64,000 bases of DNA from Ruditapes philippinarum (GCF_026571515.1 NW_026866246.1:124001-188000), one strand, 5' to 3'. Positions 26,252 to 39,580 are shown, counted from the first letter of the stretch. Numbers and translations are program-made. Notes: generated by a model not told the origin, from the sequence alone.

Positions 26252-29200
26252 TACGAAAGCCTAATAGTGTCAAATGAAATAAAAAATAAAAATACAAAGG
26301 CGTTATAACGCGAATAAAGGCGTTATTACGCGAATCAAAAGGCGTAATAACGCAAATAAAGGCGTTATAACGCGAATCAAAAGGCGTAATTACGCAAATC
26401 AAAAGGCGTAATAACGCGAAAAAAGGCGTAGCAACGCAAATAAAGGCGTAGCAACGCGAATAAAGGCGTTATAACGCGAATCCAAAGGCGTAATAACGCG
26501 AATAAAGGCGTAATAACGCGAAATGAAAGGCGTAATAACGCAAATCAAAAGGCGTAGTAACGCGAATAAAGGCGTTGTAACGCGAACCAAAAGGCGTACT
26601 AACGCCAATTAAAACGAATTATAATGCCAATTTAATACCATATTTATACTAATCAAATGGCCTGGTAACGTAAGAAAGCAAACCAATATTGATCTGAATT
26701 TATTCCTCAAGATATAAACTCGTATAGAATAATATAATTTACATTTACAATAACTAACATTCCATTTGCGCAGTAATAATGCAATTTATTTGTCATAAAC
26801 TAATGAAGACTCTTTAATATTTGCCAATTTAAGGTGTCTGGGTGCCTTATAGGTCCATTGGACTGGACGTAAATACAGTTAATCTGAATTCACATGTATC
26901 ATATATTGCTTTTACACATGTCACTATAGTAAATAAATTTCTTTTCTTTTCTTATCTTATCTTATCTTATCTTATCTTATATGTGCGTCATATGTTCAAT
27001 TATCTTCGGATATATCCTATTTGATTACCTTATAACATCTAGTATCTTCTAATTATGTGAATGCCATTCCTAATTAAGCTATAGGTAATATGCTATAGGT
27101 AACAAGATTTGGGAAAACGTAAGGTATAAGTTAGTCACATTAGGGTGATTATTGATAAGTATGTTTAAATGGGGGATAGTGTTTCAGTTAAGTCACAATT
27201 TTAGGAGACATTCCCTTCTCTGTCTATGTAGAAAAGTATCTATAGTTGGGTGAAAGTTAACCTTTAATCTGACGAAAGCATTTCCTAATAAAAGATTTAA
27301 AAAATCAGACTGTGGCCTTAGGACGTATCCGTACAGAATTGAAAATAAAACGTACGTCTTGATCGATTTATTTAGATCAAATTGTTCTTCCTATCTTACA
27401 TTACTAGGCCACGGTTTGGAATTTATATGGTATTAAATTAGCGTTATAACGCCTTTTGTTTTGCGTTATTATGCCTTTTGGTTCGCGTTATTACGCCTTT
27501 TGATTCGCGTTATAACGCCTTTATTCACGTTATTACGCCTTTTGATTCGCGTTATAACGCCTTTATTCGCGTTAGTACGCCTTTTGATTCGCGTTATAAC
27601 GCCTTTATTCGCGTAATTACGCCTTTTGATTCGCGTTAAAACGCGAATAAAGGCGTTACTACGCCTTTTGATTCGCGTTATAACGCCTTTATTCGCGTAA
27701 GTACGCCTTTTGATTCGCGTTATAACGCTTTTATTCGCGTAATTACGCATTTTGTTTCGCGTTATAACGCCTTAATTCGCGTTATTACGCCTTTTGATTC
27801 GCGTTATAACGCGAATAAAGGCGTTATTACGCCTTTTGTTTCGCGTTATAACGCGAATAAAGGCGTTACTACGCCTTTTGATTCGCGTTGCTACGCCTTT
27901 TTTCGCGTTATTACGCCTTTTGATTCGCGTTATAACGCCTTTATTCGCGTTATTACGCCTTTTGATTCGCGTTATAACGCGAATAAAGGCGTTACTACGC
28001 CTTTTGTTTCGCGTTATAACGCCTTTATTCGCGTTATTACGCCTTTTGATTCGCGTTATAACGCCTTTATTCGCGTTAGTACGCCTTTTGATTCGCGTAA
28101 TTACGCCTTTGGATTCGCGTTATAACGCGAAACAATAGGCGTAATTACGCGAATCAAAAGGCGTACTAACGCGAATAAATGCGTTATAACGCGAATCAAA
28201 AGGCGTAATAACGCGAACCAAAAGGCGTAATAACGCAAAACAAAAGGCGTTATAACGCTAATTTAATACCATATAAATTCCAAACAGTGGCCTATTAATG
28301 TATGGAAGGAAGAACAATGTTGATTTAAATGAATTGATCTAGATGTACGTTTTATTATATGCCCGAAACAATTTCGGGCATATTATGTTATACCCCCTGG
28401 CGTCCCAACGTCCGAGCAAACATTTTGGGTTTAGGGGCTATATAACAGTAAAGAGAACAAAAGAGAACAATAGGTTCAATCCGTGATCAAAGGGTTTATG
28501 GGCTAGTAGCCCTTAAGAGAACAAAGAAAATAACAAAGAAAATAGCCCCTAAACCCAAAATGTTGGAACGTGCGTCCGTCCGTCTGTATGTCTGTCTGTC
28601 CGTAAGCAATTTGGTTTCGGGAGCATAACTTAAGTTCCATTTGGCCCACAATATTCAAACTTCATAGGAGGATTGTTATTTGAAGGAGGTAATACTTTAT
28701 AACCTATAAGTCACCAAGTCATCTAATATTGGCAAATATTAAAGAGTCTTTATTAGTTTATGACAAATAGTTTGCATAATTACTGTGCAAATGGAATGAA
28801 AGTTATTGTAAATGTATATTGTATTATTGTATACGAGTTTATATCTTGAGCAATAAATTCAGATCAATATTGGTCTTCCTTTCTCGCGAATTTGATTAGT
28901 ATAACTATGGTATTAAATTGGTATTATAATGTGTTTTAATTTGCGTTATTACGCCTTTTGGTTCGCGTAACTACGCCTTTATTCGCGTTACTACGCCTTT
29001 TGATTTGCATTATTACGCCTTTGTTCGCGTTATTACGCCTTTTGATTCGCGTTATTACGCCTTTATTCGCGTTATTACGCCTTTTTATTCGCGTTATAAC
29101 GCCTTTATTCGCGTTACTACGCCTTTTGATTCGCGTTATAACGCGAATAAAGGCGTTACTACGCCTTTTGATTCGCGTTATAACGCCTTTATTCGCGTTA

Positions 29201-29400
29201 TTACGCCTTTTGATTCGCGTTATAATGCCTTTATTCGCGTTGCTACGCCTTTATTCGCGTTATTACGCCTTTTGATTCGCGTTGCTACGCCTTTATTCGC
29301 GTTCTTACGCCTTTTGATTCGCGTAATAATGCCTTTATTCGCGTTATAACGCCTTTGCATTTTTATTTTTTATTTCATTTGACACTATTAGGCTTTCGTA
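26252..29400. mobile_element. Foldback-type non-autonomous DNA transposon (IS3EU-like termini) with long inverted arms and 20-22-bp repeat arrays
   Basis: Termini TACGAAAGCCTAATAGTGTCAAATGAAAT...ATTTCATTTGACACTATTAGGCTTTCGTA, flanked by AATATT on both sides (26246-26251, 29401-29406). Inverted similarity extends to ~26828 vs ~28728. Arrays of ttattacgccttttgattcgcg / ttataacgcctttattcgcg. Confidence 0.85.
28356..28680 (+). mobile_element. Nested 5' fragment of a HINE-like element, itself interrupted by a ~150-bp TIR element
   Basis: 5' hairpin tatgcccgaaa-caa-tttcgggcata and GTCC/GTCT microsatellite. Inner perfect IR aacattttgggtttaggggctat (28419-28441) / atagcccctaaacccaaaatgtt (28542-28564). 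Confidence 0.65.
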
Positions 29401-29585
29401 AATATTTGAAATGCTTGTGGAAAATATATTTCCATTATAGGCATTTACGTGCAGTCAAAATAATTTTTAATTGAAATAAATTGATTCGAAAAGCATTGGA
29501 TAAATTTCAGCTTTCATAATAGTAATACATGTACATGTATAAAGGCGGCAAATCAGTGGAATATCCTCAAAAGAATAAGTCCCGT

Positions 29586-29808
29586 CTATGAAGTGGCATT
29601 ATGCTCACATCTATGAAGTGACATTATGCTCACATCTATGAAGTGTCATTATGCTCACATCTATGAAGTGACATTATGCTCACTTCTATGAAGTGACATT
29701 ATGCTCACATCTATGAAGTGACATTATGCTCACATCTATGAAGTGACATTATGCTCACATCTATAAAGTGTCATTATGCTCACATCTATGAAGTGACATT
29801 ATGCTCAC
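29586..29808. repeat. 25-bp minisatellite, ~9 copies
   Basis: Unit atctatgaagtgacattatgctcac, near-identical copies, no spacers. Confidence 0.95.
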
Positions 29809-29943
29809 AGATGAGCTGAATTGGCTTTATATTTCAAAGGATTGGCGTTGTAAAGATTTATCATATCTTATTGTCAAGAAAGAAAATCTGTTATATATTT
29901 TACATATTATTTAGATCTCTCACATAAGGACCAGCATTGCTAA

Positions 29944-30092
29944 ACAAGAGGGCCAAGATGGCCCTAGATCGCCTACCTGACCTATCGAACTCATCAGACC
30001 AATTATCCTGACCAAGTTTCATGACAGTGGAGTCAGAATGTGACTTCTGGAGTGTTAACAAGGTTTCTCCATCTTTGAGCAGTGTGACCTAG
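29944..30092 (-). mobile_element. 3' end of a HINE-like element in reverse orientation
   Basis: aacaagagggccaagatggccctagatcgc.tacctg is approximately the reverse complement of the 3' ends at ~43720-43755 and ~53863-53900. Confidence 0.65.
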
Positions 30093-30912
30093 TTTCTGAC
30101 CGGCGGCTGCGACATTAAGCGGCAAGGGTGCAACATTAAGATACAAGTGCGAAATTTAACGGCGTTGCGACATACGATAACTTGGTCAACTTTGAAGGTA
30201 TCGCACAGACACGCATAGAAGATGTATTGACTTTTCTTAGCTGGATTATTCCTTAGTAATAGTGTAATAATGATTAAGTAACAGACTTTGTCTACATATT
30301 TTGGGACAACCCTCGTATAATGGCGCCACACCCGGTAAAATATTTGATAAATTATTACAAATCTAACAAATAACATCAAACCTTTTGATAACAATGATTC
30401 AAAATGACATAGAAGACAAATAAACCCTTAGAAAGAGAAAGAAACTGGGTATAATGAAAAATATGTGTGATCAAGAATTATCAAAGTATGCAACATATTA
30501 CCAGTGATTTTTTACTGTACCCTAGCTAAAGATATGTATATTTTCCCCTAAAAATACTAATATTTTCCCTGAAATGGCTTGTGCACTTTTTCACCAGAAC
30601 CATGACTTAACAGAAGCTGACTTTTTTCAGTTACTAGGCTGGTAAATCTAATTGACAGAAAGCTTTCCCTATAGATACACGTAGCCTCTATTATGTAGCA
30701 TACATGTTAAATTTAATTTGAAATTGAAAATTAAAAAAAAAAAACCTGAGTAAATTCCATTCTCATTTATTGTAATTTTATTCCAGATTATCCCCACTTT
30801 TCTGATTTATCGTGCTATATATTCCCATTTAGAAAGCCACAGGCTGTTTTGAAAATTCAAAAAAAAAATCACTAAATACTTATATCAAAAGAAGACAATA
30901 TCAGATACTTAC

Positions 30913-31041
30913 CGATGCTGCTTCTTTGGTCGATCATCCTTGCCTTTGTTTGTTCTGTTGTCTCCCAAAGTCGTACTATTTTTACCGAAAGGCTGTTCCG
31001 AATAAACAGTACTATATCCGCTTTAAGTAACTAAATATACA
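30913..31041 (-). other. Candidate 5'UTR exon of paralogue B
   Basis: ctttttcAG acceptor and TCG|GTAAGTAT donor, the same donor context as the gene A candidate UTR exon. Acceptor ttttgtAG at 25441/25440 precedes the gene B coding exon 1. Confidence 0.35.
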
Positions 31042-33759
31042 CTGAAAAAGACATATGATTAGAGGATAATAAATAATGCCATGTGCGTTATCATGAGCAA
31101 TTTGCTGTAATTACGAGCAATGAATATATTTTTGAAATTAGAAATGACATCTATGTATGTTATTTTAACAAAATTATATAAGTATGATAATCTTTGACAT
31201 TTTGCTAACAGCACATCATAGCCAACGATATTCCTACAAATGTTAAATTCATGATATTATTAGGCTGATTTTCATTTTATCATTACATCAAACAATACTG
31301 TAATTCGTAAAACACTTATGATATAAGTTGCATTTAAGCCTTTAAAGGAAAGCAAAAGTTTATCAACAAGTTGAATAAATAATTGTCATATTTTATAAAA
31401 GGTTACTCCCATTTTAGATAATAACCGTATTTAACAAAACTGACTACTATGTATTTTTTTATTTCACACAGTATAGAATGTAACCAATGACAATATAAAA
31501 TTTAACCAATGAACGACTGCAAAACATGATCTTTCAAAGTAATTTATTTTTTGGACCCAAATGAGTCCAAAATTCCATATCAAATCACAAATATACTTCA
31601 TTTAGTGCTTGTTTTCATTTTCCGAGTTCAAAAATTTATTTTCAATCCCTATTGTACTCGATCTAGTCTCGTTTTCATTTTACGAGTCCAAAAGTCTCAA
31701 TGATAAAGATTCTCGAATATATTTTGATAACTTACTTAAAGCAGTTTCGTTTTGCATTGAAAGAAGATCTTATGGTCTAACATAAAAACACTTGTTAAAG
31801 TACTGAGTTCGTGGACTATGAAAACAATGATGTACACTTTTAAAGTGATATTCATCCTCTATGTCAAATGTTTTGCAATATCAGCGATATCGCTGATCAC
31901 GAGGTGTAACTCTCAGCCTGTATTCCTGAAGTATGTACAGATAATCTTAATCTACAAAAAAATATCAATATTTACGAAGCAGAATATCAAGATACCTTTC
32001 AAAACCAAAATTAAGTTTACAGTTATTGTAATATAAAAGTCTAACGTAGCTGGCCTTTCCTGTTTAAAAGTGTCTGTATATAAAACATGATAGCGAATAC
32101 TTTTGCATAAACAAAATCATCTTTAAAAATTTCAGCAAAACAATAATTACAAAGTGTTTTTTTTTAATGAAACCCAATGGATGTGTCCTCTGTTACAGTC
32201 AAATAAACCTTCGGCAAACATAGTTTATAAAAAAATATTATCTGTGTTTTTCAACTTACACAAAAACTTGATAACTCCTATATGTAACAAGTCAACTACA
32301 ACGGATTACCCCCAACTCACCATATACTGCGGAATAACAAGAATTTAAAGAAGCGGTTACAAAAGTTTTAATGAACTTATTCAAATTCTTTAGATGTAGC
32401 GTGACCCCAAATTTCAGACCCATATTATGAAATAGACGCAGTGAAAGTATGAAATGATTGACATAATATCTTAGGTTTAAGATAAAAAGAATTACAATTG
32501 TGAAACAAAGCATTAAAAGCTTCACCTATCAAGGGTTCTAAATTTAGTGAAAAATTGCCAGTGTTGTCAAAAACAGTACCTACATAATTAATATCATTCA
32601 CAACTTTACAATTTGAACAGTATACGTCCAGTTCTCATTTTGTTATAAACTCTCTCGCTTAAGGAAAAAAACGCTTTTGTTTCGCTTGTATTTACTTTTA
32701 AATACCATGTAGAGCAAAACGATATATCAAAGATCTAAATGATGTTGTACTTCCAATCTTCCTATAGTGACTTGCCTAGGGTGGCCATAACATATCTGTC
32801 AGCAAATAACAATAAAATCAATATAACATTGTCAACAACAAATAAATGTTTATTTTCATCAACAAATTTCTGACTTAATGACATAAGAATTAAAATAGCA
32901 CCTATAGTAGACATTATGGTTTTCAAAAGATTCAGGATTTAAAATTTTCATTGACAAAAACAGTTTACAATGTCAATCGCCATGTTCTGCGGTTCAATAA
33001 ACAAATAATGGGAAAAGTGTGTACATAAACATAATGATTATATAAGATTTATATATTATTTTATATCATTTTTAAATAGATTAATATAGCAATTTTTGAT
33101 ATCTCTTGCTTAACATGCAAAGTTTGTAACGTTTAAAATACAAAAGCACTTGACATAGAAAATTATCATGAGGCGACATAGGGAATATTCAGACATCTTG
33201 AGCTCTGATCAACGATACATTGCAAAAAAAAATTGGTACGGATTGTTGATTTTACTCCGGCAATGAAAAATGGCTTATTAGAGTTTAGGTTAGCCCTCCT
33301 TAAACTTAAAGTCCTTGCAACGAAATAGCACGTTCTATATGTTCTATATTTCGATTTATAATAGGTAGTTAATTGAAAATGGGTTTAGATATTTGGAATT
33401 AGTTCTTATAAATCTACACCTTTACATTAACAAATATAGTGAGATGGCACGTTAGTCTAATATGACTCACGTTTGTTGCTTGAAAAATAAATGAACTTAA
33501 CTGTTTTATTCCGTAGTTGGGCACAATTTGTGTTTATTGGCGACGCCGGTGAGCGGCGTCGTCTATTATGGAACGCTTTTTATTTTTGCCTATGGAAGGA
33601 GCTGTTATTATTAGCAGTTAATTTCATGTTGTGTTAATTAGTTTTATTTTGATTCGTAAAAATCAAGTAAACAAATGTGTTGTTATATTTGTATTTAATA
33701 ACTTTATGTAAAAAGCATGTGCATTGTGATATTATTTTCACGAAATTGCAGGTTAAGTT

Positions 33760-33985
33760 TAACAGCTTGTTAGATATTTTGATTTATATACATGTATAGT
33801 GGGCCAAACATAATAATAATTAGGTAAACATTTAGTTTTAAGATCCTCATACTTAGAACATACTAACAGAAAGGGGTAGTCATTTTCTACATGGTTCATA
33901 TCACAATTAATATAAATTCTATCATTTCTTCCAAGATCTCTAAATCTGCCTTCATATATAAAAAGTCTACTTGCGCGTGCTGTCA
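33760..33985 (-). mobile_element. LINE ORF2 C-terminal fragment
   Basis: LFIYEGRF....DRIYINC..NHVENDYPFLLVCSKYEDLK...PNYYYVWPTI matches the C-terminal type of the LINE at 13960-16001. Confidence 0.7.
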
Positions 33986-34009
33986 TTTAAGGTAATGTGT
34001 ACACAGGGT

Positions 34010-35255
34010 ACATTCTCGATACATTACTACACGATTTACATAGTAGTGCAAACAAAGTGACCCTGTGTTTTGATATTCTTTATTTGACACAGAATACACA
34101 TACCGACTCGTGTAGGGTGTTCATTCTTCATTTTCCATTGAAATATTGAACATTTAAGAGTGAATAATGGCGAATGCAAATGTTAGAAGGCATTTATCAG
34201 AAGCAGAATTGTGGCGGGCAGTTGGTATGGTGGAGCAGGGGCTCGACATCGTGAGGTTAGTGAGGTGTTTAGTGTGGATCATACAGTTATTAATCGAGCT
34301 TTGGCGAGGTTCCACTAGCATAGTACACCTGTTTGACGACATTGTGATGGCAACTACTGAGGCTGAGGATCGTTTTCTGGTCATCCAGGCACAAAGAAAC
34401 CGTTTTGCAAGTGCAACCCAACTTCGTTCTGGCCTTCAGAATGCTTGTGTGTGTGTGTGTGTGTGTGTGCGTGTGTGCGTATGTGCGTGCGTGCGTGCAT
34501 GCGTCAACACAAACCATACGTACACCTTTGCATTAAAGTGGTCTGCGATCGAGAAGACCATGTATACGGGTCCCGCTGTCTAGAGACCACTGCCGGCTCC
34601 GATATGATTGGCCAAAGGACCAAGTTGGTTGGAGAAGGATGGACTGGTGGCCTGTTCTCTTCACCGACGAGTCAATGTACTGCCTGGACTACACAGATAG
34701 GCGTGTTATAGTAGGGCGAAAGTCAGGGGAACGGTTCCACACAGGAAAAATTGCGGAACAATGTCGCCCAAAAGTACTTGGAAAGACAAGGTATTACTCG
34801 TTTGGACTGGCCGGCCCAATCTCGGATTTTAATCCCATTGAGCATGTATGGAATGAGCTAGGTCCGTATTTCAGCCAAGAAGCACCCAGGAGCTTAATTG
34901 GCGGCGCCCTAGTCGACGAGTGGAATACCATCCAACAAGCCGTCCTAAGAAATCAGATGGGGAGTATGCAACGACGGTGCCAATGTGTCATTGACAACCC
35001 TGGTCACATACTCGCTATTAAAGCAAATCAGTTATTTGCAAAGATTTTTGGGGGCAAAAATAAGTTTTTCACAAATTCCGTCTAAAACACAATTTCATTT
35101 CAATCAAAACAAATCAACAGGAAAACACGTTACAATTGGTAACAAATTCGTTAATGATGTTTATAAATCACTATATCATATATAAAAACAGAAATAAATC
35201 TAATATTTTACATACAACATAAGATAGGTACAAAAATACTCTTTGAGTAGTATAT
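34010..35255 (+). mobile_element. Decayed Tc1-family transposon (pseudo-transposase)
   Basis: N-terminal HTH (RRHLSEAELWRAVGMVEQG), ATTEAEDRFLVIQAQRNRFASATQL, WWPVLFTDES.YCL..DRRV.V.RK.GERF, SDFNPIEHVWNELG, L.DEWNTI...SMQRRCQCVI..PGH. Frameshifts and an internal deletion. Right-end motif tttgagtagtata; left boundary approximate. Confidence 0.88.
34446..34504. repeat. (GT)n/(GCGT)n microsatellite within the Tc1 coding region
   Basis: tgtgtgtgtg...gcgtgcgtgcatgcgt. Confidence 0.95.
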
Positions 35256-38200
35256 ATTGCCACCGTGATCGTCTTTTAGATTATAAATTCTATACACGAA
35301 CGAATTGGGGGTTTCAAAATTTTTGTACCAAATCTTGACTGTACTTGTTTTTCTCAATACTATGAGGGAATCTTTTTTTCTATAGGGGTAATCGTTTGAA
35401 TAAAGAAATACATGTTTACATGCAATATGGCGTCCGATATAAGGTCAATTCATTAATAAGTCATTATTCTTCCTTTTCGGATGTGAATTAATAATCATTA
35501 CTTAATGTTCAGTTTATTGTTCAAGTCTTGTGCCTACCGGCCTTCACCTTGAAAATACTGCGCGTCTGAACAAGATTATTATTCTTCAATATTATCAGTT
35601 AATATCTATGTACCAATTAAACAATTTTATAATGTTTATATATGTTTTTAAGTTGCTTTTTTATTGATACATATATATGCAACGACTTTTTCTTAACAGA
35701 AAGTTAAATATGTTATGAACCTAAGGTTGCAGATGAGCTTGCATTAAATGCAGTAAAGAAAAACGAAGTATGAAGTATGCTAGCATTTTAATCAAAACAA
35801 ATTATATTTTGTCATTTTTATCTATAACATCAACACGTACCTACGCTTGTCAATTGTCAAGATAATACACAGAATATTTTTCAATGCACAAAATGTAATT
35901 ATAGATTCTGACCGATTAGGGTTTTACACAGAACTCGTGTAACTTGCCTTTAGGCAGTCAATTAAATTATGAAATATGTAACATATATGCACATATAGCT
36001 AAAATACATAATGTCACATTGGTAAATAATACATGATGATATTCTAACACAATGACATTAAATAAAGGGTATTTCTACCGTATTTAAATTACCAAACATG
36101 TATTTCAAAAATAGTTTTTTTTTAATTTGGAAATTTTATTGAAATTGTAACAGACATTGTAACAGATGATGTTCCCAGGTGGAATATGCTTCCGACCTAT
36201 GAAGTTCAGCTACAGTGAAACTTTATTTCATAATTTCAATGTCAAATGACCAGATATCAGAGACTTATAATACAGCTTATAATAAAGCTCTGTGTAGATA
36301 GTATTCTATGTGTTTATTTAAGAAATGGTTACTAGTATACTGTGTTACTTATACTATTGAAACGTCTGTCCGATTGTCCATAACGACGAATCACCTCACA
36401 ATAGAAAAGTAAAAAAGTTAAACTGTCCATGTGTCTTATCCAATTGACTGCATCTTGACGCGCATTTTACAATTATATTGTGTTGGAAGTTCTAAATTTT
36501 AGTAAAAAACAAGGTTTCTATATCAATTGTTGCGTTCGGTAGCACAAACATGTCAAAATAATATTATAATTATCAAAAGTAATTTAAACTTGTTTATCAA
36601 AATACGTACTTTCACAACTCGGTTTTTTTTTGTATTAATCATGAAAAAAGTGAATGTAATATGTAGCAAATTGGTACGCGCAAGGTTCAAACTCACTACA
36701 CTTAGACCTTAGACATAATTATATATGTTGAGCCAACAGGAATGCAAAATAAATGTGTTACTTTAGTTTTCAAAAAAAACACTATTTGTTCACTAACTCG
36801 ATGCCAACCATTTTGAATAAGAGTAGATCTATGTCTGTTTGTTGTTTTGTTTGTGTCCCAGTCTAGAATAAAAAAAACACCTAACATGTTATTATCATAA
36901 AAGGAAACACACTGAGGCAAATGGGCTGAAAATATAAAAATTTTAATTCCTCACATAGATCAGCTGTGACACTTAAAAAAAAACAGAAAATTATCCAAAA
37001 GAAAATTAAGAAATGTTCTCAGGAAAAAATTGAAAATCGTATTAATTAATGTGTTAATCTTAGCCTGATTTTAGTGAACACATTTAAACGCTTTTCAATT
37101 TTGGGCCATTTTTTACAATTAGAATATTTATTCTGGAAAAATGGAGTGAGCGAATGATCTGACACTTTGCACATAAGTTATTGGTCTAGACGTACATCAA
37201 ATGGAACATTCATCTCCAAAAATCAATTTCATGCAGTTTCTTGCGTCATGTAAAAAATAAATGTATTAAACAAACAAACAAGCAAACAAACAAACAAACA
37301 AAAACAATAATAATAACAACAACAAAACTCAGTGGAGCAATTTTTTAACCTTTGAAAAGCAAATATGAGTAATTCAGATATGTTCTTTAAATGTCATTCG
37401 CTCATTCCAAATAAAACACAGCATTTGATGTTCCACTGGGTAGCTCCTATACGAAGGTTTTTCTTGAGGTCAAAATGTCGTTAGAAAGGTGGCTGCCACT
37501 TTGTCTAATAGGGACTCTCTCAGTTTTACACTTCTATCTGTTTTTTTTTCTTTTACAAGTACCATTAATGCCCTAAAATGTAACATACGTTACTGTCGCC
37601 ACCTAGAATTTTCAACTTTGAAATTGTGTTTCCAGAATAAACGAAACATGTGCAATTAGTCATTGCTGCATGTATATGCACTTTGATTATTGGTAAAAAT
37701 TATATTTGACTGTTACAATCTCATTGATATAATGGATGATCAAATGTCGCCAAATGTATATAAATAAATAGTGACAAACCTAAAACAATAAGAAGCGAAA
37801 TAGAAATTACATAATAGTATCGATGCATGCTTAATAATATAGCATATATATAATCATGAGCAAAATTAAGCTGACAGCCTCTCAAATATCATTCTATTTT
37901 CGGAAATTTTCATTTTTTATTCAAATCTTTTCAACAGCATTTTAAATAGAAACTTACGTTACCATTGTTTAAGAGCTGATCCATTCAAAGAAGACTCCAA
38001 ACAAGAAACAAACGTTACTTTTATCAAACAGACTTTATACTGTTTACACATGCACATATAAAAAACATAAAATCGCATTTTTATGACAGTAGAATGGTGT
38101 ACATTTGATTCCTAAATAAAAAAAGTCGATTTTACATGTAAGTTTCAATTCCGTGATAAAGTTCATAAATAAGCCAGTGTGAAACATACGTTAATCCAAC

Positions 38201-39552
38201 TTACAATTCAACAATTTTTGAAAATTAAAGATAAAGTTGGGATTAGCATGCATGTTAGTAACGGTTACCTTGTATTAGATGTTAAAAGATACAAAACTGT
38301 TTTTGCAAAGGAAAGATATGTTCATAATATGTTGATGTACCAGCAGAAATGTTAAAAGTATGTTACAAGATATTGAAGTTCTCAGCAACAACTAATTCAT
38401 TTCTGCAAAGAGCTTACTGGCTGTATTTCATTCTATATATAATAATGTTGAAAAATATACATAAATATCAATTATTTAAAAAAAAAATAAAATTGTTTTC
38501 TTAACCTTTACTTGTATTTAAATAAAATGAAACATACGTGACATGCGATATGGGGATAAATATAGAACTGCTTAGCAATAAATTATCCAAATATAAAGAA
38601 AGTGGAAACTTCAATGTTTTGAAAAAAAAGCTAAATACAACATTAGTGTATGCATTTCACGTCTCATATATTATATATGATATATATCCTTTAAATGAAG
38701 ACATAAGATAATCGTTTCCAAAATTGACTCTTTTTGCTAACTACGAATATTTAACTTTAATGAAACTAACTGAAAATTAGCAAGGTACCCAACTTCCTTG
38801 AATTTTCCTGGGTTAAAAAGTCCCTCTAGATAGAAAATTTACAGATTTTGATATATTTAACAGACATGTGTTATTTGTATGCAGCCAATATGTTACATTA
38901 TTTATTTAGATCTGAAATCTACGTTACCGAGGAAATACAGTGTCATTACCGAAATAAATGCCATCCTGTTTTATTATAGTTTCTTGTTGAAAATATTTCT
39001 GGCAAACTTGCAATATACCCTAAACTTTTACGTCAGCAATAAAAAATGACACAATGACAACATCAAATTTTTAATATTTTTCAACCTCAAATGCTTTGTT
39101 TAATTGAGAATGGCCGCATTACAGCGATACCTATATACACGTATACGTCTCATTTCTAAGTAAATCAATGACCCAAAATCACTAGACCACTTAAATATGT
39201 CAACGAATATTATTGCTGATTGTTATTAAGTTTTTTTATCACAATAATTTACAAAATTATCCGATATTTTAGAGAAACATTTTAGACCTTGCTCTGAAAA
39301 ATTATTGATACAACATATCAAGACATATCTCATATGATCAGTGTTTTAAGTTATACTGTGCTCCTCTTAGTTCACGGTACTTAACACTTTGACACAAGAA
39401 GGAAAACAGACAATGAACTTAAGGTATAAAAATATTTATAATCTGTAACATGTTGTATGACACAAGGAAACAACCGTTTAGTTACGGGACGAAACTCTGT
39501 ATCCGGTTTTGACACGGGATATATGGCAAATGTTCACTCAAATATTTCCTAA

Positions 39553-39580
39553 TGCGCATGCGTATTACACCGGATGACGT
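39553..39580 (+). promoter_or_regulatory. Candidate TM9SF2 proximal promoter: NRF1-like, ETS-like and half-CRE motifs
   Basis: TGCGCATGCG, CCGGAT and TGACGT clustered 110-135 nt upstream of the ATG, typical of housekeeping promoters. Confidence 0.5.

Noticed and set aside
26399-29349. ORFs such as LLRLLIRVITPLFA / SRYNAF repeats (26399-26608, 27469-27750, 27794-28138, 28958-29349)
   Set aside because: Translations of the tandem arrays of the foldback element.
29586-29808. CRISPR-like regular 25-bp repeat
   Set aside because: No unique spacers, no cas genes, eukaryotic context; it is a minisatellite.
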